Shown here piece by piece: positions 1 through 7,421 of a DNA stretch of 17,763 nt. Location: the NCBI GenBank assembly GCA_964236955.1, contig CAXSGP010000097.1, positions 1 through 17,763 of the forward strand, written 5' to 3'. Source of the DNA: an uncultured Oligoflexus sp. (GTDB lineage Bacteria > Bdellovibrionota_B > Oligoflexia > Oligoflexales > Oligoflexaceae). The position numbers were made by a program, and so were the translations under genes. Positions within the stretch are counted from its first letter, which is position 1, and each line of letters begins with the position of its first letter. A model generated the notes under the pieces. The model ran no database searches. It saw only the letters and a program-made list of their open reading frames with translations, and had not been told where the DNA came from.

Positions 1-364
1 CTTCAAGGTCGGTTTCCACCAGATATACCGTGCCTGGGGTTTTATCGCTGGGAAGTTTCGGCGAAACGAAATAGAGCTTCGATTCCACCTGAATGATCCC
101 ACCTTCTATGGGGGTCGCCAGATAGCTCTGACACTCAGGCAAAGGCCCCCTGACCGCAGACGGGGCAGCCTGTGAGCTGCCTTTTACGGGGCTAGGTATA
201 GGGACTGACGCCGGCGCAGGTGGGATGGGGGGAGCAACGGCCGGAGCCGGTTCTAGCGGCACCGCGACCGCCCCTTCTTCATCCTGAGCTAGGACAGGCC
301 TTACCCACAGGGAAGCCGCCAGCAGTGGCAAGGTTCCAAAAATTGCGACAAAACGATTCATCAT
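1..364 (-). CDS. Secreted protein with signal peptide and Pro/Ala-rich N-terminal linker (partial; runs off the left edge)
   Basis: Not in the ORF track; translated by hand: MMNRFVAIFGTLPLLAASLWVRPVLA|QDEEGAVAVPLEPAPAVAPPIPPAPASVPIPSPVKGSS...YLVETDLE, open to the window edge. Its ATG (364-362) overlaps the upstream stop as ATGA (361-364). Confidence 0.8.
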   Translation of the reverse strand, partial: MMNRFVAIFGTLPLLAASLWVRPVLAQDEEGAVAVPLEPAPAVAPPIPPAPASVPIPSPVKGSSQAAPSAVRGPLPECQSYLATPIEGGIIQVESKLYFVSPKLPSDKTPGTVYLVETDLE

Positions 365-1350
365 ACACCAACCACTCCGGGCTGACCAAGGTCCTGCGGC
401 TCAATCCTCTTCGCGATCCGATAGAGTTCGCGAGGACGCGGGGCAAGCTGATCTCTGTGATATTTGGGAAAGAGCAACCAACCGCTTTCCCGCGCCTGAA
501 GATTTTCGCTGCCGAAGGTCCCAATGATTTCACCCTGGCTCACAGGTTGAAAGTTATAAAGACCCTCTTTGAGCTCCATCCCTTCTTGATAAAGTTCGAT
601 CACTTTCCAAGTATACAACGGACCCTCGGTCGTTAGAGACTGAAATTGCGAGGAAAGCTTTTGCTGTACAAAATGAAGCGCACCGAGCGCCGCCTGCAGG
701 CCGACCGAGCTTTGGTAAGCTTCGAAGCCTTTTTTCCCAAGTTCTATCGTTATTCCCGTGCCGCCCGAATGGTTCACATATTCATCGGTACACATGCCGT
801 CAAGAGAAAAGGGCTTACCCCAGTGAGTCACGACCGCAACATCGTTATGGGCAGCTCTGGCGAAAGCCAGCCCCTCTTCAGTGTATGGGAATATAAAAAA
901 AGGTTGTAGACTCGCCTCGATCGTCTGATGAAAATCGAGGAGATAATCGCTTTGCTTGAGAATGGTCGCCAGATGATGGGCTCTTTGCCCCTCCAGACTC
1001 GTGCGATCCTTACTGCCAAAAGATCGATTGAGATCAGTCTCAAGGAAACGTCGATTCTCAAGGGCGGCCACAGGATTACCCAGAATAAAGGCCATTGGAA
1101 TGTCGGGCCTGATCACCCCGCCCTGAATCAGTTTCATACAGTCAATGAGGGAAATTATCCCTCCCACCTCATTGCCATGCGTGATGGCCTGAAGGGTCAG
1201 GCCTATGGACTTTGTGGGTCTAAGGCCCGGAAGAGGCGGGTTCCACAGGTAAACATAGGACGAATGTTTCGTCATTGTTCCATAACCGTTGCCCCAATGA
1301 TTCCCAATGGCCTCGAAAGCGCTCAGAGCCCGTTCTATTCTGTTTTCCAT
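361..1350 (-). CDS. Succinylglutamate desuccinylase/aspartoacylase family (M14-like Zn hydrolase)
   Basis: Motifs THGNEVGG (HxxE Zn ligands), GNPxA..NRRF..DLNRSFG, LLDFHQT and TIELG. Likely start is ATG 1350 (MENRIE), preceded by AGAAGGGT. Confidence 0.85.
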   Translation of the reverse strand: MENRIERALSAFEAIGNHWGNGYGTMTKHSSYVYLWNPPLPGLRPTKSIGLTLQAITHGNEVGGIISLIDCMKLIQGGVIRPDIPMAFILGNPVAALENRRFLETDLNRSFGSKDRTSLEGQRAHHLATILKQSDYLLDFHQTIEASLQPFFIFPYTEEGLAFARAAHNDVAVVTHWGKPFSLDGMCTDEYVNHSGGTGITIELGKKGFEAYQSSVGLQAALGALHFVQQKLSSQFQSLTTEGPLYTWKVIELYQEGMELKEGLYNFQPVSQGEIIGTFGSENLQARESGWLLFPKYHRDQLAPRPRELYRIAKRIEPQDLGQPGVVGV

Positions 1351-1431
1351 GAAAATTACCCTTCTGAAATCGCCTATCCGTGCCCACACTACACGAAAAA
1401 GACCAGACTCGAGAAGCTTTTTGAAGAGTAC

Positions 1432-2640
1432 CTAGGATGCGCTGCGCGTGCCTTTAGCGAGTTGAACCGCGATCTGTTCTTTAGTCTTTAAGGCTTTATC
1501 AAACTTGGGATTGAGTTCAAGGCAGCGCGTGACATAATCCTGCGCAATCTCATAATGGCTGCGGGTTTTGTAGCTCAAATGAGCCAGAGCGATATTGTAA
1601 AGGATACGGAAGTTTTCTTTGTATTTAGGGAAATATTTTAGAGCTCTTTCATATTCTAAAATTGCGCCTTCGATATTGTTCACCTTGGCCAGGGCCACAC
1701 CCTTGTTGTTGTAATGACGAACGACGTCGAGGGGAAGCGTGGTGTCTTTACAGAGCTTGATGGCCTGGTCGTCATAGCCGAATTCCTGCAGCTTGGCAAA
1801 CATATCAAACTTCATGTCCGGGCTATCGGGGTGAAATTTTATCATCTGACGCATTTTTTCCACCGATAGTTCAGGCCTTTTCGCCACCAGATAGGCGAGC
1901 GCCAACTCATTGATACGATCGATGTTGTTGGGTGCCTGCTTATCGGCGATTTCCATAAACTTCAGCGCTTCTTCGGTATGGCCCAAGCGCAGCAGCAAAC
2001 GCCCCTTGTTGTTGAGGGCGCTCAAATGATCGGCCTTAAGTTTGAGTATGCCGTCCACCACCTCCAATGCGGGTTGCCATTGACTCTGGGCCTCAAGCAC
2101 CTCACGCAGAAGGTCCTGCCCTTTGACGCCGTGCTCTTTCATATTGGCTTTGACGTAATCCACTGCGGCCGCCATGGTCTTTGATCCTGCGGCAAGCTTC
2201 ATGGCCTGCTCGGAGATGTCCCGGAATTGCAAACGGCGTTGGCGCATGCCCATGACTTTTTTCAAAAGACCAAGGACAGCGATGGGATTGATCGGTTTTG
2301 AGACGATCTCGATCTCATCAAGTTCCTGAACCAGACGCTCTTCTCCGGCATCGCCTTTATTGCGGTTGCCCGACATGAGGATAAAACCCGTGTTGGCTTT
2401 ATCAGATTTCTCATGCTGACGCCAGCGTTGGACCAGGACGAGGCCCGGCAGCTCCTCGAAAGACATGTCGATGAAAACGACAGGATAAATCGATTGATTG
2501 AACATGTAGAGGGCCGAGCCAAGATCAGCGGCTGCATCGACTTTAACGCCCTGTTTATCCAAGGGAACCTTGAGGGCTTGGGCGACTGATTTATCGGCAT
2601 CTACGATTAGGATTTTTTGCGGAAATGAAGCATCAGCCAC
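1432..2640 (-). CDS. Response regulator receiver domain fused to TPR repeats
   Basis: N-terminal KILIVDAD...VFIDMS...ILMSG...SKP receiver pattern; C-terminal TPR-like helices (ALNNKGRLLLRLG..EEAL; HYNNKGVALAK....GAILEYERAL; YNIALAH). GTG start. Confidence 0.85.
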   Translation of the reverse strand: MADASFPQKILIVDADKSVAQALKVPLDKQGVKVDAAADLGSALYMFNQSIYPVVFIDMSFEELPGLVLVQRWRQHEKSDKANTGFILMSGNRNKGDAGEERLVQELDEIEIVSKPINPIAVLGLLKKVMGMRQRRLQFRDISEQAMKLAAGSKTMAAAVDYVKANMKEHGVKGQDLLREVLEAQSQWQPALEVVDGILKLKADHLSALNNKGRLLLRLGHTEEALKFMEIADKQAPNNIDRINELALAYLVAKRPELSVEKMRQMIKFHPDSPDMKFDMFAKLQEFGYDDQAIKLCKDTTLPLDVVRHYNNKGVALAKVNNIEGAILEYERALKYFPKYKENFRILYNIALAHLSYKTRSHYEIAQDYVTRCLELNPKFDKALKTKEQIAVQLAKGTRSAS

Positions 2641-2892
2641 TGTCAGACCCCATTCATTTCAAACTTAGACAAGAAGGCTGGAAAAGGTCTCGATCGTCTA
2701 AGTGTTAGGCTCGTTACTATGCCGGCGCAATCAGCATTCTCATTAAGGGAACCGAAAATATTGATATCGCTCGCTGTAATTTCATTAGGTAGAGTATATC
2801 ACAACTTACGACTGACCTGTGTTGCTGTAAAGTGCCCAATGCCACTGGATATATTATGCAGCAGTGAGGCGGAGAATGGAAAAGGGGGACTC

Positions 2893-3963
2893 GTGAAGAT
2901 CGGACTCAGCACAGGTGGGGGCGACTGCCCTGGTCTTAATAGTGTGATTCGTGCCATCGTCCGCTATGCGTCGGCAACACTTGGCCATGAGGTGATTGGG
3001 ATTGAAGATAGTTTCAACGGTTTGCTTGAACGCCCTTACAAAACCCGGCCCCTGAAGCTGCCCGATGTCTCAGGAATCCTTAATAGAGGGGGAACTATCC
3101 TCGGCACCAGAAGTTCCGGCAACCCCTTTAAGCTGAAGCCTGGACAGGATCCCAAAACCTGTGACAAGAGCCAAAAGGTGGTCGAGGCCTACAATGACCT
3201 TGGTCTTGATTGCATGATCGTCATCGGTGGTGACGGGTCCCAGCGAATCGCCAGCCAATTCATCAAGCTTGGACTCAATATTATTGGAATACCCAAAACG
3301 ATCGATAACGACGTTTTGCAGGCCGACTTTACCACCGGCTTTGAAACTGCCGTCGAAGTCGCCAGCGAAGCGATAATCCGTCTTCAATCCACAGCGGAAT
3401 CCCATGACCGCATCATGGTTCTCGAAGTCATGGGTCGGCATGCCGGTCACATAGCGCTTCACAGTGGCATCGCCAGTGGTGCCCATGCGATTCTTTTGCC
3501 TGAAATCCCCTTTAGCTATCCCGCCCTGGTTCAAAAGATCGCCGATCGCCGCAATCTTGGCCATAACTACAGCGTAATTGTGGTCGCAGAGGGGGCCTTT
3601 GAAAAGGGCCAGGAAAAAATGTATCAGGTGCGCTCCAATGGCAAAAAAAGCCTGGGCGGAATAGGCCAAAAAGTCGCTGAAAAACTCTCTGAACTTACGG
3701 GTAGCGAAGCGCGCATTACGGTGCTGGGTCATATCCAAAGAGGTGGGGAGCCCTGTCCTCGAGACCGGATCCTTGGTACACTTTATGGCGTAAAAGCGGT
3801 AAATATGGCGCTAACTAAGGACTTTTCCAAAGTGGTGATTATGCGGGGTCATAAGCTGCAGGCGGTTTCTTATGAAAGCATCGCCAGTGGCTATCGTGAG
3901 CTGGAGGCAAATGATATGTACCTCGAAGCTGCTGAAGCGATTGGAGTATGTGTCGGACGCTGA
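2893..3963 (+). CDS. pfkA: 6-phosphofructokinase (PfkA superfamily, probably ATP-dependent, group III-like)
   Basis: TGGGDCPGLN, GGTILGT, IGGDGS, PKTIDND, EVMGR and LGHIQRGG motifs. Start is probably GTG 2893 after AAAGGGGGA, not the longer 2719 ORF start. Confidence 0.93.
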   Translation: MKIGLSTGGGDCPGLNSVIRAIVRYASATLGHEVIGIEDSFNGLLERPYKTRPLKLPDVSGILNRGGTILGTRSSGNPFKLKPGQDPKTCDKSQKVVEAYNDLGLDCMIVIGGDGSQRIASQFIKLGLNIIGIPKTIDNDVLQADFTTGFETAVEVASEAIIRLQSTAESHDRIMVLEVMGRHAGHIALHSGIASGAHAILLPEIPFSYPALVQKIADRRNLGHNYSVIVVAEGAFEKGQEKMYQVRSNGKKSLGGIGQKVAEKLSELTGSEARITVLGHIQRGGEPCPRDRILGTLYGVKAVNMALTKDFSKVVIMRGHKLQAVSYESIASGYRELEANDMYLEAAEAIGVCVGR

Positions 3964-3999
3964 AAAGGAGACAATCGCCAAAAAAGACGAAGGCCAGGC

Positions 4000-4040
4000 A
4001 AAAGAGCAGGAGCGCCTGGAAATAACCCCAGGCCAACCTG
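4000..4040 (-). terminator. Possible intrinsic terminator of the small basic gene
   Basis: Hairpin CAGG-agc-GCCTGG-aaataacc-CCAGGC-caa-CCTG (4007-4040), followed on the minus strand by CUCUUUU; lies between convergent genes. Confidence 0.4.
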
Positions 4041-4056
4041 AAAAAAACTTCATCCA

Positions 4057-4194
4057 TTAGGAACGGATGATACCACCACGTTTACCATGCGGGCTTTTCG
4101 AACGCTTACGCACAACCCGGGCTTTTTTAGCAGCACGATATTTTGCGGTTTTACGTCTGTTACGGGGCGGCCGATTCTTACGAACGTTAGCCAT
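4057..4194 (-). CDS. Small highly basic protein, 45 aa (ribosomal-protein-like composition)
   Basis: MANVRKNRPPRNRRKTAKYRAAKKARVVRKRSKSPHGKRGGIIRS: 19 K/R, no D/E. GAGG lies 6 nt before the ATG, 8 of 11 Arg codons are CGT, and there is a candidate promoter upstream. Confidence 0.75.
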   Translation of the reverse strand: MANVRKNRPPRNRRKTAKYRAAKKARVVRKRSKSPHGKRGGIIRS

Positions 4195-4295
4195 TATAAA
4201 CCTCATGAAAACAACTGGAAATATTTCCCAGTTAGGACCTAAATGCCACGACTGCCATTGCTTTGAAAGCAAATAGTAAAAGCAAAGAGACATCG

Positions 4296-4324
4296 AAGCT
4301 ACGAGTGCAGACTGTTAAAGTCAA
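4296..4324 (-). promoter_or_regulatory. Putative sigma-70 promoter for the 45-aa gene
   Basis: Minus strand TTGACT (4324-4319) - 17 nt - TAGCTT (4301-4296). Confidence 0.45.
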
Positions 4325-4331
4325 GAGCTTT

Positions 4332-4359
4332 TTGACAATAGCAAGAAAGCTGCTAGACT
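4332..4359 (+). promoter_or_regulatory. Putative sigma-70 promoter (extended -10) for the GNAT gene
   Basis: TTGACA (4332-4337) - 16 nt - TAGACT (4354-4359), with TG at 4351-4352. Confidence 0.55.
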
Positions 4360-4441
4360 GATTGACATTATAATCAAGACATACAAACCTCAAGGTGGCC
4401 CTGCAGCCTTTCCCTTCTGTTCGCCTATTTCGGAGTTGTAA

Positions 4442-5062
4442 ATGGAAATGTCGGCTTATTTAAATATATCAGACAGCAAAAACGTCAATGGCGACTGCAG
4501 TTTCGAACGGTATCTTACCCAAGCCCTTAACGAAGAGCTTGAGGCTCAGACAGTTGAGCTTATCCGCAACACACTGATGCTTTTGCCCGAAAGTGGCTCC
4601 GAATTAGCTGCCACCCGTCGTAAGCTTGATAATTTTTATGCCTCCTACACTCAGGATGGTTCGATTTATCTTGTCCTGATTGATCGTAAAACTGCGTCCG
4701 TCGTAGGTGGCGTAGGGGTATTAGCCTTTGCCGGACTCGATCCTTCCGAAGGCATAGGCGAAATTCGTGAGTTAGCTGTCGATATTGCCTATAGAAGGCA
4801 GGGTTTGGGCCTGGCCCTCATTCAGGCCGCCTTTGCCACAGCCTTAAATTTTAAATATAAGAGGCTTTATTTGGAAGCGACGGCGGAAATGAGCCACGCC
4901 CAGGCTCTTTTCTTGAGATTTGGCTTTAAACCCGTGGCGCTGAAATCCCGAGAATCGGGCATACGGGAGGAGCCTCTCATACGCTTGGAAGGCAAGCCGG
5001 CCTTCTACGTATGGGAGGATACCGCTAGCCTTACAAACGCACCCGCGCACCCGCATAAATAG
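4442..5062 (+). CDS. GNAT family N-acetyltransferase
   Basis: GEIRELAVDIAYRRQGLGLALI (acetyl-CoA binding motif A), LYLEAT...AQALFLRFGF (motif B); GGAG upstream of the ATG. Confidence 0.88.
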   Translation: MEMSAYLNISDSKNVNGDCSFERYLTQALNEELEAQTVELIRNTLMLLPESGSELAATRRKLDNFYASYTQDGSIYLVLIDRKTASVVGGVGVLAFAGLDPSEGIGEIRELAVDIAYRRQGLGLALIQAAFATALNFKYKRLYLEATAEMSHAQALFLRFGFKPVALKSRESGIREEPLIRLEGKPAFYVWEDTASLTNAPAHPHK

Positions 5063-5654
5063 CTGGAATATTGAGTTGGAATGAGCCTGTATCGCCTGGT
5101 AAATCTTTAAAATTAAAGTTCAACATACGAAAGCTGACGCCAAAGTTAAAATCAAGGCTATCGCTGGCTGGTGTCACCACGTCCCAGGCCACCATTGTAG
5201 CCACCCCGGAACTTGAGCCCCCATCGATCTTAAGACCATGAGTGGCTTTGCCATCAAATTGAGCCTGTGCGATGCCGACCCCGACTCGAAAGATTCCGAA
5301 GGCATGGTCGCCGAGGCTATAGCCGTAGCCGGCTTTGAGCATGGTCACAAGTTTTAAGTCGATATCGACATCAATGTCGAAGTCCTTGTCTTTATAGCTG
5401 GCCTGACCCGTACTTAATTCCAGACCCAGTTCCAAGCGATTCCAGCTGTCGCGTTTCATTACATAGCCCAGGTCGGCACCGATCAGATAGGCCGCTGCCG
5501 GGGAGCTATCTCCAACTTTTCTGGCCTGACCCAACACGGCTTGCCCACCCACAAATCCTCCGCCGACGTTCTTATCGACGGGATCGGTCGACTGAGCCTG
5601 GGCGAGCATGGGACAAAGGAGACACAAAGAAGCCAATACGACATGAATTTTCAT
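5031..5654 (-). CDS. Small outer-membrane beta-barrel protein
   Basis: Signal peptide MKIHVVLASLCLLCPMLAQA|Q; alternating amphipathic strands (LELGLEL, KAGYGY, FNFGVSFR); C-terminal YAGARVRL; AAGGAG Shine-Dalgarno before ATG 5654. Confidence 0.75.
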   Translation of the reverse strand: MKIHVVLASLCLLCPMLAQAQSTDPVDKNVGGGFVGGQAVLGQARKVGDSSPAAAYLIGADLGYVMKRDSWNRLELGLELSTGQASYKDKDFDIDVDIDLKLVTMLKAGYGYSLGDHAFGIFRVGVGIAQAQFDGKATHGLKIDGGSSSGVATMVAWDVVTPASDSLDFNFGVSFRMLNFNFKDLPGDTGSFQLNIPAIYAGARVRL

Positions 5655-5756
5655 AGCTACTCCTTGAACGCTAAGAAAGTTTACTCTATAGAAGTGGGAA
5701 GCGGACGGAAAGATTTCTCCGCGTTCCATCAACTGACCTATCCAACTGAATTTGAC

Positions 5757-5785
5757 TTGCCAAGGCCCAGGAGATGGAATACTGT
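5757..5785 (+). promoter_or_regulatory. Putative sigma-70 promoter for the 55-aa gene
   Basis: TTGCCA (5757-5762) - 17 nt - TACTGT (5780-5785). Confidence 0.4.
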
Positions 5786-5831
5786 CCTCCGACCTATGTG
5801 ACATTTGGCTATGAGTCTAGAGGAAAACACA

Positions 5832-5999
5832 ATGGCTTCCCCAACGAAAAAATCTAAAGTTTGCCGCGCCCGAAACAAAGCACGAGCTGGTAAAAAACGT
5901 AAAAATAAACTCCGCATCGTAGGTTCAACTAGGCCTAGCTTGAAGTTGAACATGCCGAACGCTAACGAAACAGCCGCTGTAACCGCTGCCAGCGTTTAA
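5832..5999 (+). CDS. Small basic protein, 55 aa (ribosomal-protein-like composition)
   Basis: MASPTKKSKVCRARNKARAGKKRKNKLRIVGSTRPSLKLNMPNANETAAVTAASV: 15 K/R, one acidic residue. GAGGA Shine-Dalgarno; immediately followed by a strong terminator. Confidence 0.8.
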   Translation: MASPTKKSKVCRARNKARAGKKRKNKLRIVGSTRPSLKLNMPNANETAAVTAASV

Positions 6000-6014
6000 T
6001 CTGAGTTTGAGTTC

Positions 6015-6073
6015 AGGAGATCTTACTATAATTTCGTTCTGCGAATTCATAGTAAGGTCTCCTTTATTTTTTT
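6015..6073 (+). terminator. Intrinsic terminator
   Basis: 15-bp stem AGGAGATCTTACTAT (6015-6029) / ATAGTAAGGTCTCCT (6049-6063) with one G-U pair, an inner TTCG/CGAA stem, then TTATTTTTTT. Confidence 0.85.
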
Positions 6074-6183
6074 ATCACTCCAGCTTTTGTTCCCATAAGC
6101 TCTTTAGCTCCCAATTTTATCAAGGCTCAGCTGCTTTTGGCTTGGCCTTTTGTTCAAGTCGGCTCCAAGGCTTTGAATTCGCT

Positions 6184-6212
6184 TGGACTGGTTCCCGCCC
6201 GAACCGTATAGT
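6184..6212 (+). promoter_or_regulatory. Putative sigma-70 promoter for coaBC-plsC
   Basis: TGGACT (6184-6189) - 17 nt - TATAGT (6207-6212). Confidence 0.5.
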
Positions 6213-6250
6213 AGACCTTTCTTTCTGCTCCAATCTTTACGGGAGTGTGC

Positions 6251-7417
6251 ATGGTTTCCAGCGATTTGTCTGTAGTCCTGAGTTCCGACGCGTTGACAGG
6301 CCGAAACATTGATGTCGTCGTCACGGGCTCGATCGGAGCTGTGGAAAGCGTCCGTTTTCTGAGAGCACTCAGGCGTATCGGAGCGGAGACTCAAGCCTGG
6401 CTGACCCAAGGAGGATCGTTATTCACCACAGCAACCGCTCTGTCCTGGGCTGCCGCCAAACCCTGTCGCACAAAGTTCGAGGGAACGGCCTCACATATCG
6501 CTTTAGGTGATGCCTGCGTCGTGGCTCCCGCTTCGGCCAGTATCGTGGCCAAGATCGCTGGTGGCATTACGGATACCCCAGCGTCGGCCCTGATAGCCTC
6601 TTACCTAGGCAGGAAAAAACCGGTGTATCTCGTGGTAAATATGCATGACAGCATGTTCGATTCGCCTTTTGTTCAGGACAACCTCAAAAAAATAGCCACC
6701 CACTGCCACATCCTTGAATCGCGGCGAGAGGAAGGCAAACAAAAATTCCCTGAGCCCGCTTTGCTCGCCGATCAAATCGCCCATGCCCTCAATCATCGCC
6801 CGCAGCAGATCCTGATCACCATGGGCACGACCCGTGGGTATATCGACGACGTCCGTTATATCTCGAACTATAGCTCAGGAGCCCTCGGCAGCCGCATCGC
6901 TGAAGAGTTCTATCGTCAGGGCTATCTCACATCGGTCGTACAAGGTCCCTGCCCCATAAGCCCAAGCGTCTTCACGAAGCTCATACCCGTCGATACCAAC
7001 GACGAGATGCTAGCCGCTGTGAAAAGCGTCGAAGCTCTTGGAATCCAAGGAGCGGTTTTTGCGGCATCGGTCCTTGATTTTGTGCCGACGGCAAGAAAAA
7101 CCGGTAAAATCCGTTCCTCCGAAGATCTTCAGGTTCAATTCAAGGCCACCCCAAAAATTATATCTTCGGTGCAATCACCGCTGAATTTTAAGGTTGGCTT
7201 CAAGCTCGAGACGGGAGCGGCATCGACCGAGCTGGCTCAACTCTACCTCAGTAAATACAATCTCAGTCACCTCGTGATGAATCAACTCCAGCACGTATCG
7301 GCCACGACCCACACCGCCGACATCTGGCGTCCCCTCCAAGGGCCAAGCAAAAACATGGCGGGCAAGGAGGCCATCGCCCGCTTCCTGGTTAACGATGCCA
7401 AGCAACTCTTGGGATAA
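6251..7417 (+). CDS. coaBC: Bifunctional phosphopantothenoylcysteine decarboxylase / phosphopantothenate-cysteine ligase (Dfp)
   Basis: Flavoprotein domain VTGSIGAV, VVAPASASIVAKIAGGITD; CoaB domain ILITMGTTRGYIDDVRYISNYSSGALG, AASVLDF, KIRS, TPKII, VGFKLET. GGGAG precedes ATG 6251. Confidence 0.92.
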   Translation: MVSSDLSVVLSSDALTGRNIDVVVTGSIGAVESVRFLRALRRIGAETQAWLTQGGSLFTTATALSWAAAKPCRTKFEGTASHIALGDACVVAPASASIVAKIAGGITDTPASALIASYLGRKKPVYLVVNMHDSMFDSPFVQDNLKKIATHCHILESRREEGKQKFPEPALLADQIAHALNHRPQQILITMGTTRGYIDDVRYISNYSSGALGSRIAEEFYRQGYLTSVVQGPCPISPSVFTKLIPVDTNDEMLAAVKSVEALGIQGAVFAASVLDFVPTARKTGKIRSSEDLQVQFKATPKIISSVQSPLNFKVGFKLETGAASTELAQLYLSKYNLSHLVMNQLQHVSATTHTADIWRPLQGPSKNMAGKEAIARFLVNDAKQLLG

Positions 7418-7421
7418 AAGA

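Noticed and set aside
190..275. GC-rich quasi-repeats
   Set aside because: Explained by the Pro/Ala-rich linker encoded on the minus strand.
2591..2617. Perfect GCCGATAA (minus strand) with AAAA 15 nt upstream, resembling a sigma-28 promoter
   Set aside because: It lies inside the REC coding sequence, is explained by Ala-Asp-Lys codons, and the -35 is imperfect. Similar hits near 1940 and 10082 lack any -35.
2719..2892. N-terminal extensions in the ORF track (pfk 2719; also 1389, 4293, 5804, 5805, 7395, 9620, 11621, 13643, 16558)
   Set aside because: Downstream starts have Shine-Dalgarno sites, short gaps or ATGA overlaps and match family N-termini; the extensions look non-coding.
6007..6240. 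ORFs 6007-6312 and 6104-6409 and short repeated words (CTTTTGTTC, CAAGGCT) upstream of coaBC
   Set aside because: One ORF crosses a terminator, both cross a promoter and overlap coaBC; the repeats are short and irregular, not CRISPR-like.
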